From assembly GCA_002633005.1 (NCBI GenBank), contig NMRA01000133.1:130380-194379 (forward strand): 64,000 nt of DNA, given 5' to 3'. Positions 37,443 through 50,607 of this stretch are shown here, one piece after another. Numbering within the stretch: the stretch's first letter is position 1; every line of letters begins with the position of its first letter. Below the pieces are notes generated by a model, which worked only from the letters and a program-made list of their open reading frames with translations, had not been told where the DNA came from and did no database searches. The position numbers and the translations under genes were made by a program. Origin of the DNA: Phoronis australis. Its lineage: Eukaryota > Animalia > Phoronida.

Positions 37443-40400
37443 TAAATGCTTTCAGTTTTGACATGGACATGGTTTTGATAGGAATTATCTTCCTGCACAG
37501 CAAAGCTAATTATTAATTCCTATTGACGATTACCTTTTTGTCTCACAGGGCCTGTTGACTTTTCAAACAGGATCTTGAACTGTGCATCAGGTCATCCTTT
37601 TCAAAACAATAGTCAGGATGTATTGTGGTTGTTACTTCATAATCATGTACACACTTCTGCCTTCATTTTTTTCATCGTGCAAAGATAATTAAGCGGAATT
37701 TGTTTTTGTTTGCCTAACATTTGACAGTTCCTAAAAAACTGTGCTTGCAATCAAAGCTGCAGCTATTCTTGGTAATTTCTTATCTTTTTATTGTTTTTCT
37801 AGCCAGTTAGTAATCTACTGGTTACAAGTAGGATAATATTTGACTTACAAATGTTTAATTATTCAACATCAACTGAATCTCTGTTATTCTGATCTAATTT
37901 TCCTTACATCCACGTGCCTTGTCGTTGCTGGCAAAACAAACATCTTTGGTTTCGGATACTTCTACCAAAATTTTTATATTTTCTATCGCATAGCATCCAC
38001 AGTTTGCATTGTCTAGAGATTTTGGAATAATGTTGTCATTACCGAGCCATGCTCGTTTTCCCAACATTTTCCTATCAATGTTGGCATGTGTATATTATTT
38101 CTTTATTGTGTTGTAACTTTTGGCAATATCATTTAGGCCAATTTTCTTTTTGCTTGAGTAGCTGTAGTTTACCGATATTCTCATCTGTTGATATTACTTG
38201 ATCATGATATTTTACTAGTTATTCAGAGTGCTGTTTTCTTAGACATCAGTAACTGTATGTATTTCTATTGTTTCTTGTTATTGTTTGACCCATTGTTGTT
38301 TTTATGAGGGATCACTATTGAGTTTTGCATGTATTGTTTTCTTGCTTGGTCTGGTCTCTCATTATTGGAACAAATGAAGTGTTTATCTTATTTTCCAATT
38401 GGCTAGTCCTGGGAATGCTGTGTTTGTGTTACCTGTAGTTGGTAAAATACACTTTGAAATATACCACAGTGGAGGCCTCAGGTGTCAGTGAAGTCCACTG
38501 GGACTTGTTGAGTTTAGAATGTAGATCTAAAAATCGGCCAGGTGAGTGTTAATACTTAGTAGAAATGTTAGATTGCAGGTAATTAAAGGTTACATTGCAC
38601 TAGCTTTTAATACCATGGTTTGTTTTGTTTAAACAGAGGAACTTGATGTAAGGTGAAAGCTAGTGTCAAGTTGAATTTTGTTCTGAAATTAAGCAATGGC
38701 AAATTTAAAGTTTAGGGTGTTCTACAAATTTCAGTGCACATTAATTTGAAAAAGCTTCTTAGAACAAGATGTGGTAGACTAGTGAATTTCATTTTGATAA
38801 TTTTTTTAACACAGATAAGTAGGAATTCTCCTTCAGCAAACAGTACGTAGATATCATTCATCGGCACATTATGAAACTGTGTGAAATTCTATCAAGTGTG
38901 AGTTTTTGGAAAGTGGTAAAATGACAATTAGTAGGAATTATCTTTGTTCAAATTTGAAGACATTTATACCACACTGAAAACTTTTAATTTCAGTTTGCAT
39001 TTCTTATTTTATATTAATTTAAAGAGGTGCAGTAAATCTTGGATGCATTATTTTCAACTCTGAAGCAGTAGTTGAGTCACAGTTGATTTTGCGGAGAGCA
39101 GAATTTAGACCAAGGAGCAGAAAGAGTTTTGATTTGGAATTCATGATGCCTCACCTGTTAGCCTTAAATATAAGTTCCATCTAATTTATGGCAATTCTTG
39201 CTTAAATTTTCCAATAAAACCAGAAGAAATTGTCTGCATCTCAAAGTTGTAATTAAATCCGGCTTGATGGCTTGATTCAAACCCAGTGCTTTTGATATGA
39301 TGCTCGTTAGTGGGTTACTTAACTGAAGGTGCCATTCAGATCAATGCATTGATTGTATTGATTACCTGTCACACCTTAATGACTTTTTGGTCTGATCCTG
39401 TACTATACTAACACATATCTTATACAGTTATAAAAACTTTTGCAAGACCTCTTTATTTGGAGGTCCTTATTCCTCGCACAACCGCACCGCTTTTACGAGC
39501 TCTCTTTATTTGGGGGCCCTCGTTGCTCATTTGACTATACCGTCTTTTGTGAGACCTCTTCATAGGTGTCCTCTACTTTGTCTCAGTGTTGGTATTTTTC
39601 CTTTTTGGCTTTGAACCATTGCGCTTCTGAGACGGTTTTCATTTGGTTATTTTAGATGGTTCTAGTATCTTAGAACTCATGGTATAAATATTTATGCTTT
39701 GTAATACGCCAAGTCAGTGTCTGTTGCATACATGAATATATATCATAGGGAACACAAAAGTACGTAGCATTGATGATGTTATTTGATCAACTGGTGTGAA
39801 GGTTTGATGCTAAAAACGATAATCCCATTGTAGATTGTTCCCCAGTCTTTTAATTATGTAAACTCTATAATTTTTGGTGCAAAATCAGGAAAGCTTTTCC
39901 TAGTTTTATGTAAGAAGCAGTTTGACGCATTGCAATGATTCTGACACTGTCTCGTTTCTGTTGCTCTTGAGACGTAGAAGTATATGATATGAGCACACTC
40001 CAGCCAGTCAACCACTCCAGCTTTGTGGAATTTGAAGCAAACACATGTAGTATACTTCATTCAAGGAGATATTCTCATTAAATTGTCAAGAATTTATGCC
40101 AGGTGACTTGTGCGACTACAATTTCAAACTCCATGATTGATAACCAGGGTAACTTGTTTACCAAATTTAAAATTTCTTTGTTGAGGCACCTTTTTATGTA
40201 ATTCATGCATTTTGTAGCGTTCAATAGCTAAGTTATATTTTTGTTTAATTTTGAATGGTGTGTATTTTTACAGAACATTTTTGGTAGATTATTATGTTTT
40301 AGAATTTCTAGATATCACTGTTTTTATTTTTGACCACTAGTGATATCTTATGAGCATTTTGTGTCGCATTTTCATGTCAAAAACTGATTTAAGACGCTGT

Positions 40401-43400
40401 TCATAGTTGAACTTATTTTAAAGACTATACTATTCAGGTATTGTGATATATAGATTTAAAAAGGTTTCCTATTAACTCAAAAATAAAAAAATTTTCTTTA
40501 GAAATCTTATCTTAGTATATACCTCAATAACGAGACCTGTTATGAATTTGGTTTTATTAATTATACTGTTCTCTTTGCAAAATGCAGTTTAGAAGAACAT
40601 AGGGATTGAAAATCTTTCCTGTCCACATTGTGTGTTTGCAGGGCTTCTTTCAATGTAAAGTTTTTGAAGATTGAGCTGTTATTTTATCAGTGATGTTTGG
40701 CGATGCACCCTTTTATCAAATATTCATGTATCTACTTTCCAATTTATTTTGGCTGTTAGCAAAATTGTTAATCAATGGTGAGCTATAATCATAATCTATC
40801 CTGTACAATAAGAATGTGAATTACTTTAGATGTTATGTTCTGAATGTTATTGAATTTAGTTGGAAGTGCATAATTTTGTTAATCTGCTATGGTTAAACTG
40901 TCAATTATCTGCATTACACTACATGTATTTTACATCAGGGTCACAGAACTTGATATCATCTAAATCATTGCTTCTTCATAACAAAACACACTCTACATAC
41001 CAGTTGATTTAAGTTCCACACAATTTCTGACATAAAGTGTAAATCTGTTGTATGGTAGTTCTTGTCGAATGCTTAAAGATGCATGTCGTCATGTTTAGCT
41101 GTCTGAAAATGAGTCAAGTGAGGCATTTCATTCTCGGCTTACGAGACCATGAGGGTGAAAGAACTGTGATTTCAATTTTTGTTTTTAGTCAGCTTATCAT
41201 GGCGAAACACAGCTTTAATGTTCAACAAGTCACATCCTCTGTTCAATTTTAGAACTGTCCCCATAAGGCGAACACATGTAGAAACGTCTTGAGTTAAGAG
41301 TTGATGTGCACTTGTTGTTGAAAAATTTTACTTATACCCCTGGGTATGTTCGGTAAAAAGCAAGACTTTCCGAGATTCCGGGAGATATTGCCGTGTTTTT
41401 TCAAGGAGAGCACGTGATTTTGGCTAGATTTTTCTCGGTGCAAGACAGCTATTGAACTCTACCCTGGTTTGCATAGGGTGGTTTGGGGAGAGGGTGCCAG
41501 CGCCATCCTTGTTGTAACCAAAATCGTGGCATAGTGTTTTAGGACTCCTACAAATTTCTGTCGTCATAATATTGTAGATCTGCAAGGGAAACCTCTCACT
41601 TACAAGTCAAAATCCCGGTTACTTTTGAGATTCAGGAGCAATGCCATGTGCTTTGTGTATTGTGGGTTCACATTTTACCTCAAATCTTTGTTTTGTGGTC
41701 AGCAGTTGGTGTCCCTCCATTACCTAATAGCTTCATATCCAATGTTTATTACTGGCATGGTGTCCTGTGGTGTTTGCTGTTGGAAGCTCTTCATTGGTTA
41801 CTTGTAAAATGTCCATTTCTTTATGAGAGGTAATATAGTTTTTCATGTGTTTTTAAGTTTGAGGAAAACCTATGATTTATCCATGTACCTCTGTATTTAA
41901 GGCTTTGATTAAACTAATGTAACAATCTTTTACTCAGCAATGGGCTGGAAATTTACTTCACTTCGCGGTGTTCCTATGAAAAATTAAATCTGGTATCTGC
42001 GACCCCTATAAAATGGAATGTTCCTGTCCTGAACTTGTCACACTTCAGGCATTGCCCAGGAGGCGGAGCTAAAGCTGTGATTGTCAAATCTCATACAGTT
42101 TGTCACACTTTCATTCAGAAGTTGTCTCAAATAGCATATGGTGCTGATTGCTGTCTGCAGAATTTCATTTCTTCATATTAAATCTTGATAGCAGTTTGGT
42201 GAGTGTTGCTCTGATTTTGTAAAGATAGCATTTAAGAAATTCCAAAGTCGTCCTAGTTGTGTGCTAAAATAATATCATATAAATTTTCTACACTGTACCT
42301 CTTAAGATTTTTGGAGTGGTTTAAGATCCTTTTATTATATTTTAATTCTGTGTATGTGAAATAGTACATAACTCACAATAGAAACAGACATATCACCCAG
42401 AACTGAGGATTTGAGAAAGGATTTTTATAAGTGTTGTTTTTCTGTTACTATAGCGTTATGCTTTTCTAGGTGTATCAATTTTTGATAAAATACTTGTCTA
42501 GGCAAAGCGTTTTGATATAGTCATCCATCTAGATGAAGGACCACACACGTATATACACATATATGTTGTTCAAATTCTGCATTAATTCAGTAAACTCCTC
42601 AGGTCTTTGGTTGTTTTGCTTTGTTTGATCATTAAAGATGTTCAGAAACACCGTTGAACATTGTTCATATTGCTTCAAGACAGATAGTGAGTGTGTATCC
42701 AAGCTTTATCGGCAGTTATCAGATTGCAGTTTTGTGGGAAAAACTGTTGATAAAGTGATTAATAATAATATATTGATATTAAGTTCACCAGAAGGTCATC
42801 TCACACTCAACTAGGAAATATTACGATTCTCGGATATTTCTGTTCAATACAGAAAACACTAGTAACATAGTTATTGCTGAACCCTATGATTCACTGTTTG
42901 GTCTATTTACACCAATATGTTTGTTTTGGATTTCTCACAAAGTTTCAGCAACTTATTTTTCTAACCATCATCAGGTGAGTGAAGAATGCTATTGGGTAAT
43001 AGATTCAGTCCATCAACATTTTTGGCGGTTGGTTGTGACAGCGATTTGCACGATCAATCTTTAAAAAGTCACGTTGTAACTGTTTTTACAAGTCTTTTAT
43101 CCTTGACCACAGGGGTTGTTCAGGGTAGCTTGTACGGTGACGAAAATAATCTTTGGCTTAAAGTTCATTCTCAACATGTCTGCACTGATTTGTAAGTGTT
43201 TATAAGTACATGGCACACCCTTTTCATATGTATCTGATGACATGCCGGATGTCACTTAAAATCAATCTAAAAATTTCAAAGTATTGATCTGCCTGGTGGT
43301 GAATGTCTGTTACTTGAAGCGACAATAAACGGCCTTCCATTACAATGGCCAATTTTTAATTTTGACTGCTCACCATTATGAAACTGGTCTCAAATTGTTC

Positions 43401-43459
43401 CTTAATCAAACTGGAGCTAATTTCTAGGCTTAGAAAGAACTGATGGTTATGTTATCACT

Positions 43460-43640
43460 TGAGACGAGGTTGCACAGGTTGGCTGGTCAGCGTGTGTGCC
43501 TAGCAGAATCTCGAGGAGTAAATTGGGCCTGTCATGTGCCAAGCATGGTCTCAAGGGGTAACAAACTGTTAGTTCGTTGCAATTCCAGAAGGCTCTTCTC
43601 ATTAAAGTAAGGAACCAGTTGAGGCGGCAAGTGGTGTAAA
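43460..43640 (+). mobile_element. Possible CR1/L2 LINE RT C-terminal fragment
   Basis: A plus frame reads SRGVNWACHVPSMVSRGNKLL..RRL, similar to LxWxxHVxxxxxKANxxLxxLRR of CR1/L2 ORF2. Confidence 0.35.
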
Positions 43641-46600
43641 TCAAAATTTAGTTTCTTTGAGAGAACCCTGCTTTAATTGCCTTTTCTTTTAATAGTATTT
43701 TTAGGGTTTTGGTCATTTTTCTCGCCATGCTGTATACTTTAATGTTTCGAGAATTCTGACTCAGTAAAATATGAAATATCTTGGCTTAATTCTAAAACCT
43801 GATAAGCAGTGGTGCCGCCAAACTTTTTTATTTAATTGCTGATCTCTTGACAGTGTGCCAAAAATACCTTTAATAAATTTTTAACCTGTGGGTAATCTAC
43901 CAATTTAACAGGTGAGGTGACATTTATCTGACTACAAGCTTTAAGCTTGACAACCGGTTTCCCCCTGTAAAATGTCAGCTTTGATTACAGTAAAATATCA
44001 TAAGAATTGCTAAAATAGGTATTTTTCTAGTTTTGAAAAGGCTTACCACGTTGTTTCATGCGCACGCATTTTTTGTGGCAATGAAGAAAAAACTATTGAC
44101 ATTAGATTTTTATTGAAAAAATTTTCACCCAATGGAAGTCCACTTTTCTGCTATACTTTATCCTAAATTGAAGAATTTTTTGTGTGCCTGACTTATGGTT
44201 TGTACTGTTGATGGTGGGTTTCCACACTGATTGTAGGATACCTTGTGTAACTCTTATCTTGGCACTTAAAACACCAAGTTGTCACTGATCAATCAAAATC
44301 TCTACTCTGAAACCCTATTATAAACCTATAGCCTCTCCCCTGGCCCTCTTTTGTTTGTTGTGTCCACAGTATTGTTTATCTTGATTAGCTGCATTTTGTG
44401 AAGGAAGGCTTTGCTGTACACTGCCTGTTTAACATAGGCCTAATGCATTCACATACTGAGTTATTCCAAACAGTTTTAGTTGCAAGCTAAGTGGTATTCA
44501 TTAGTCCATTGTTGGTTTAACTTGTCCACTGTTTTCACTCTGAAAATATAAATTTACACGTTTTTGTCCAGTACATGTGATATACCATTAGTGGGGATGA
44601 ATTGAAAGTATGGTTTGTCTGCTGGATAAATTAAATCTGCTGTTTGTGTTTAGTGGCAGTTCTGTGACTGACAAGGAATGCAGTCATAGTAGGGTGGTTG
44701 TACTCTTAGCTACAATAATGTCCTCTGTACAACATTTATTGAATGCTAATACGCAGACTATTGCACTTGCAACTGCATTTAACACTGTCAAATTTACAAG
44801 AAATTCTTCTGGGTGACACATGTTTTGTTTTGTAAGTATTCAAGTTACTTTTCAAGTTTGCTGCATGGAAGATGGTTATAGAACATAAATGACTTATATC
44901 AAAAACAGAGCTTGTGCATGCAGTAGTTATACTGCTAATCATCAACTATTGGCCAAAATAAATTAGTGTATAAATTGATAAGCTGTTTGCTACAGGCATT
45001 ACGATGGGCATACTGTAGTTTGTTGTACAAATGGATTATTAAAGGTTATTGAAGTGACCTGATTTACTGACCATCAATTTACTTCAGTTTAACATCAAAG
45101 TGTGGTCAAACTCATTTACAGAAATTAGATTGGCAGGAAAATGTTAGATATAGGTAGTAGTGCACTTCCATTACTTAACTTTATTACTGGTTTTTACTTT
45201 TTCCTGTCTTCTTGTTATGTTAAGTGTGACAAATAGTTTAAGTAAATTTTGGTAAAATGCAACAAAACATTGTGAACAAAATTGTTCATTCATGATGCAT
45301 AAAATATGTAAGCATTTTGTATCAGGGCTCTTCCTATCAAGAGATTTTTCACTGATAACTATTTTAGCATTTGTTCTAACATTTCACCATTTTTATTTAA
45401 TTATTGTAAGCCTTGAGAAAGTGTGATTTTAGCCACTTAAACACAGCAAAATACAGCTTTGAGGAACAAGTTGAGACAATGTGATTGTGTACTTGTACTA
45501 TTTTTATGACACTGTGCCAAAATGTCCAACCGTAATAACAAGTTTATTGAAAAAACTCATGTTGTACCAGGATAACGAGGTTGAGTTTCAGCTACACAAA
45601 AATTCAAAAAAATGTGTCCAAATGACACTTTAATGCCTTTCATGTCTCATTAATTCTTTAAAAGGTTAGTTTCATTGTGGTCATTAAAATCTAATTAGTC
45701 TATCATTTTCGGAGTCTTTATCTTTTACAACTGGTTAACTTTCTATGAGATAATGTTCAAGTAACAAAATCTGATCTTTAAGAAATTATTTGCTTGGAAG
45801 ATTTTATGATGTTTTGCTTTTTGCCTTCATATGCTGTCTGGCATCAGATTTCACCTTTTTGTTGTTAAGTCTTCATTTAAGTGAAGTTCATTTAATTAAG
45901 ATATCTCAGTTTACGCAAGGTTTCCAAAATTTGATCCCTGGAAATAAGTGTGTTGATTCTGCAATTCAATAAATTCACAAATGTTACTCAGCATGTAGGG
46001 AAGATTCTTCCATGCACTTGAAATGTTTTTTTTTCAAAATGTTCTGTGTCAATCTATTATTTTATTTGAAGCTCTAAATCTCCACTCTTTCTGTATATTT
46101 CTCAGGCAAATAATGTAGTTTGTGTAATGAGTTTGTAATGACTCCAAACCGGAGCCTACTTTTAAGTTTGCTCTCGCATACATTCAATTTATCTACAAAA
46201 AATTGCGATGCGAATGGATGATAAATAACTATGAATAATTAAGTATGACACTGCAATGTATTTAAAAAATCCGAAAGTGTAATTCAGAACATTAGAAATT
46301 TGATTGATAATAAGCAACGAAGATCAACTTGCATCTAATTTCCAATAACTGGGTGTGTGTCTTGCAGTTGCTAGTCCCCTACAAATGAATGCTCAACCAC
46401 TGGGAGGGCTGTAGCCCCTGTGGTTGTTTAGACAATCAATGTTCAATGGACATTTTACAGTGACTGAATAAATGCCTATAAGTGTGTCAATAAAGGTTAT
46501 AATTTGTTGGCATGTCATGGAGATATTAATCAGAAGTGGCTGGGTCATCAAAGTGATGGTTCATTGACCAATATAAGAAGAGGGACACATTTTGTGAATT

Positions 46601-47702
46601 TTTGGTTACACTTTTTCGTGCTTAAATGAAATTTTGAGTTGGACTTTTTGTGATAGTCTATTATGCATAGATTTATTCAAAATTACAAGCAAAATTAAAA
46701 GTATTAAGCACGGCAATTTTAAGATCGTTATTTCCGTCAGCGTAGTAGTTAGAAAGTTTATTTGGTCGACAGTTGTGTTTATGCTGTAATTTAGCCAGTG
46801 AAATATCAACATTTAATCTATATTAATGATAATTTGGCTCAGCACCTTGGTGCTATGTAAACAAACATGGGAGTTGAATCAGTAACGGCTACCTTAAGTA
46901 ATATTTGAAATTACAAGTCAAATTAAACTGGTAATGTATGTTTAAAATATACATTACTGGCTACACTGTGAACATTATCTTGTAAGGTACATATAGGATT
47001 TTAACGAGTGCGCACAGGATTTTAACGAGTGCGAACGTTTTTCATTGAATTACCAGATGGCTCAAATGTTTTGCACTCATGTATGTATTATAACAACTTG
47101 TGTTTAGCCATTAACAACCTTATGAAGCCATTTCAAAATCCAAAACCTTTAATGTACATAGTGGCAATGGTGTTATGCAACTGTTAACTCAAGTGAATTA
47201 TGACACTGCATTGAGCAATAAAACAGCCCTTTACATGTATTCATCAATAATTTTGAATTCATTAACTGTCACAAAACCTTTTGCTTATTTGTTTGCCCTT
47301 ACTTGTTGTGTTGTTTATTTTGGTTATCTAAGGATCTAAAGTAAAGTTTGGTTTTTCAATTATGGTTCTAAGTATATCAACTGCTTATGGAAATTATTCT
47401 TATTTTATTTTAGAAGCTGCAGTACTTCCTTCTAAGTTTAATTGTGACTTTGTTTAGTTGGACAGCCTGCTTACACTTACTTATGGTTTTGTAACATGGT
47501 CTCCTAAGAATATAAAAATGTCATCAAGAATTAATTTGGGTTATTATTCAATTTTTGCAAATCTGTAAGTATACACCTAACTGTAATTGTGGTGTAAAAA
47601 CCACCTGACCTGCTTCGCATCAGTAACATTTCAGTCTGTTATTACTTGTAAGCAAGTGGTGTTCTTGTATACAAAACTCACTTTTGTGTTTCTCTATTTC
47701 AG

Positions 47703-47892
47703 ACTTTTGTCATCTGATGTGAAGACATACTATACACGCCACATTTAATGTGTCAAAACTTTCACAGTTTTTGGAAAACATTAAAGTATCTAAGGATGCC
47801 GGTGTTTCGCTTGTATCCAACGCCATCGAGATAAAGCAGGTGCCATTGAAATCTTTATGAACTTCTCTGCCTGCTGTTGAACTTGGATCAGC
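47703..47892 (+). other. 5' UTR part of the large protocadherin exon
   Basis: Strong acceptor cttttgtgtttctctatttcAG at 47701-47702, 190 nt before the ATG. Implies at least one upstream non-coding exon. Confidence 0.75.
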
Positions 47893-50607
47893 ATGATGAT
47901 GATGCTGTCGAGAATTTTGTCTCTTTCTGTTTTCTTCAAGTGCTTGATGAATGTCATCTCGCAAGATCCTGTGGATTTATCGTATTCGATACTTGAAGAA
48001 CTGCCAACTGGTTCTTTGATCGCCAACATAGCTGAGGACGCAAATCTGCATCAAAAATATAACAACGTGATCTTCCAAAAGCTGCGCTATACCTTCTTGA
48101 ACACAGACAATCCCGATAATGCTTTCATATCACTGAGCGAATACGGAGGCATCATAAGCACTGCTCAGAAGATCGACCGGGACACACTTGAACAATGCCA
48201 GGGCGTTGACAAGTGCTATGTTCATGTTCAAGTGGCAGTCTCACCTCCTGAATACTTCCAGATCATCCGCATCAGTGTAGAAATAAAAGACATGAATGAT
48301 AACCAGCCACAGTTTCCTAGCAACTTTGTTGTCATGGAGATACCAGAATCAGTATCAATTAACGCAACATATTTAACTCCTGCTGCCATAGACCCAGATG
48401 TTGGCAACTATGCGATTCAGTCTTATGAAATTTTTCCTCCGTCGGATACATTTGGGTTTAAACTTGTGGATAACATCGATGGGAGTAAGGATGTCGGAAT
48501 TGTTGTCAAAAAGAAATTGGATCGTGAGGTACAGGATTTTTATCAGGTGAAACTTATTGCAAAAGATGGCGGTACACCGCCATTCACTGGTTGGACGACG
48601 ATTAACATTCAAGTAAAGGATGTTAACGATAATTCACCAATATTTGACAACTCGACTTACAGTGTACGAGTAGAAGAAAACATACCTATAAATTCAACTG
48701 TAATCCAAGTACGAGCAACAGATTCAGACAGTGGATTAAATGGTGACTTATTTTACTACATCAACCCTCGATCACCAGCTGCCGTGAAATCTTTGTTTTT
48801 CCTAGACAATAAAACTGGTGAAATTTCTACTCTCCAAGGATTAGATTATGAAGAAGGTCGGGAGTATAACATTCCTATCCTTGTTCGAGATCACGGCAAA
48901 CCTCCAAAGATGGATGCCGCCATTGTTAAAGTTGTAGTTCTCGATTTAAATGATAATCGTCCTGAAATTGTCATCAACACATTGTCTTCTGCCCAGCAAA
49001 TTTATGTCTCAGAAAACTCTGGAAATGGCACAATAGTTGTGCCTGTCACGATCTTTGACAGAGACAGTGGCGAGAATGGTCGCTTTGCGTGCCGGTTGTC
49101 CAATTCCAAGTTTGCACTGAGGCACATGTACGATAATCAGTACAAGATTGTCTTGGAGAAACAGCTGGATTACGAGAAGAAACGACGCCACAATCTGACA
49201 ATGTGGTGCCAAGATGGGGGAAATCCGAAGCTGACCTCAATGAAACAGATTTCAGTGGCGGTAAAGGACGAGAACGATCATGCGCCTGTATTTCCCGAAT
49301 CATTGTACTTTCTGTCGATCGTTGAGAACAATGAGATTGGGGACCCAGTTGGTGATGTCAAGGCAATTGACCTTGATCGGGGCGTTAATGGACAGGTGCT
49401 TCACAAATTAAGTCTTGATTCAGATGCGGACTATTTTCATGTAGATCAGTACTCCGGGCTGATTACGGCGAAATCAGTATTTGACCGTGAAGTCAAAGAC
49501 GAATACATGTTTTATGTTGTAGCTGTAGATGGCAGTCAGGATGCAAAAATGAACACTGCCATGGTTGTTGTGTCAGTGCTTGACCAAAATGATGAGGCTC
49601 CTGTATTTTCTCGTAATAATTACCCGTTTGTGATACCTGAGAACCAATCCAAAGTGACCATTGTTGGGCAGGTCAATGCCACAGATGATGATATTGGGTT
49701 TAACAGTGAAGTGTGGTATAAAATTGATCCTCGGGCCACAGCGGAGCTGAAACTGTTCTCAATCACGCCGAAAAGCGGCGAGATATACACAACAGAGGTT
49801 TTAGATCGTGAAGTGAAAGCAATTCACTCGTTTGCTGTCATAGCAACAGACAGGGGTTCTCCCATGAAATCAAGCTCTGCTGTTGTCACTGTTGAATTGA
49901 CGGACATTAACGACGAGATTCCACGCATCGAATTTCCTATCCCAGAAAATGATACTATTTCTGTTTCTTATCAGACACCCGTTGGTATTGCGGTCACTCA
50001 AATTCTAGCATTTGATGACGATATCGGAGAAAATGGTCGACTAACTTATTTCATTCACAGTGGAAATAGTGATGAAATCTTTGCTGTGGACCCATCGACT
50101 GGTGAAGTATTAATCAAAAACGTAATACCACCTGAGAACCTTAATACTTACGCTGTCACCATTGGTGTCCATGACAACGGGAAGCCTAAACACATGGCCT
50201 ATGTGACGGCCAGTTTTGTGATAACGAAGGAACCCTATGTTGCAAAGAGTGACGCTGCAATGAATGGACCTCATCAGAATCTGATCATCGTCGTCTGCCT
50301 TTCTAGTATCTCCGCAGTTCTAGTGGTGGTGCTCATTGTTGCTATCATCTGGATGAAACGTCGCAATCGGGACAGCGAAGTGCGGTACAACTGCCGTATC
50401 GAAGCCAATAAAGTTTTGATGAATAAGAAGACTGAGCCAACCATTTCAACCAATGGTAAACAGGCTCAAAGGAATCCCAACCCAGAAGGGTCTGAAACAG
50501 ACGAAGGAGGTAGTACAATCTCCACCATTAGTAAGGGAGAAATTCAAGTGGAGAGAAGGACCAATGGTCAAGTGGTCACCACATTTCCTGCTCAGAATGC
50601 AACAGAA
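47893..50607 (+). CDS. PCDH: Protocadherin (non-clustered, delta-like) coding exon 1: signal peptide, 7 cadherin repeats, TM helix, proximal cytoplasmic region (905 codons)
   Basis: DxNDNxP-type linkers (DMNDNQP, DVNDNSP, DLNDNRP, DENDHAP, DQNDEAP, DINDEIP), DRE/DYE motifs, EC1 C-X5-C (CQGVDKC), no prodomain, TM LIIVVCLSSISAVLVVVLIVAIIWM. Donor GAA|GTAAGT at 50608, phase 0. The symbol is family-level only; no orthologue is assigned. Confidence 0.97.

Noticed and set aside
46996-47036. 21-bp direct duplication (aggattttaacgagtgcg twice); similar 35-bp duplication at ~10268-10325
   Set aside because: Simple two-copy slippage duplications with no further structure.
12300-47700. Additional variable protocadherin exons, as in a clustered locus sharing constant exons
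   Set aside because: No other long ORF or DxNDN/DRE cadherin motif appears in the ORF track or by eye in this interval.
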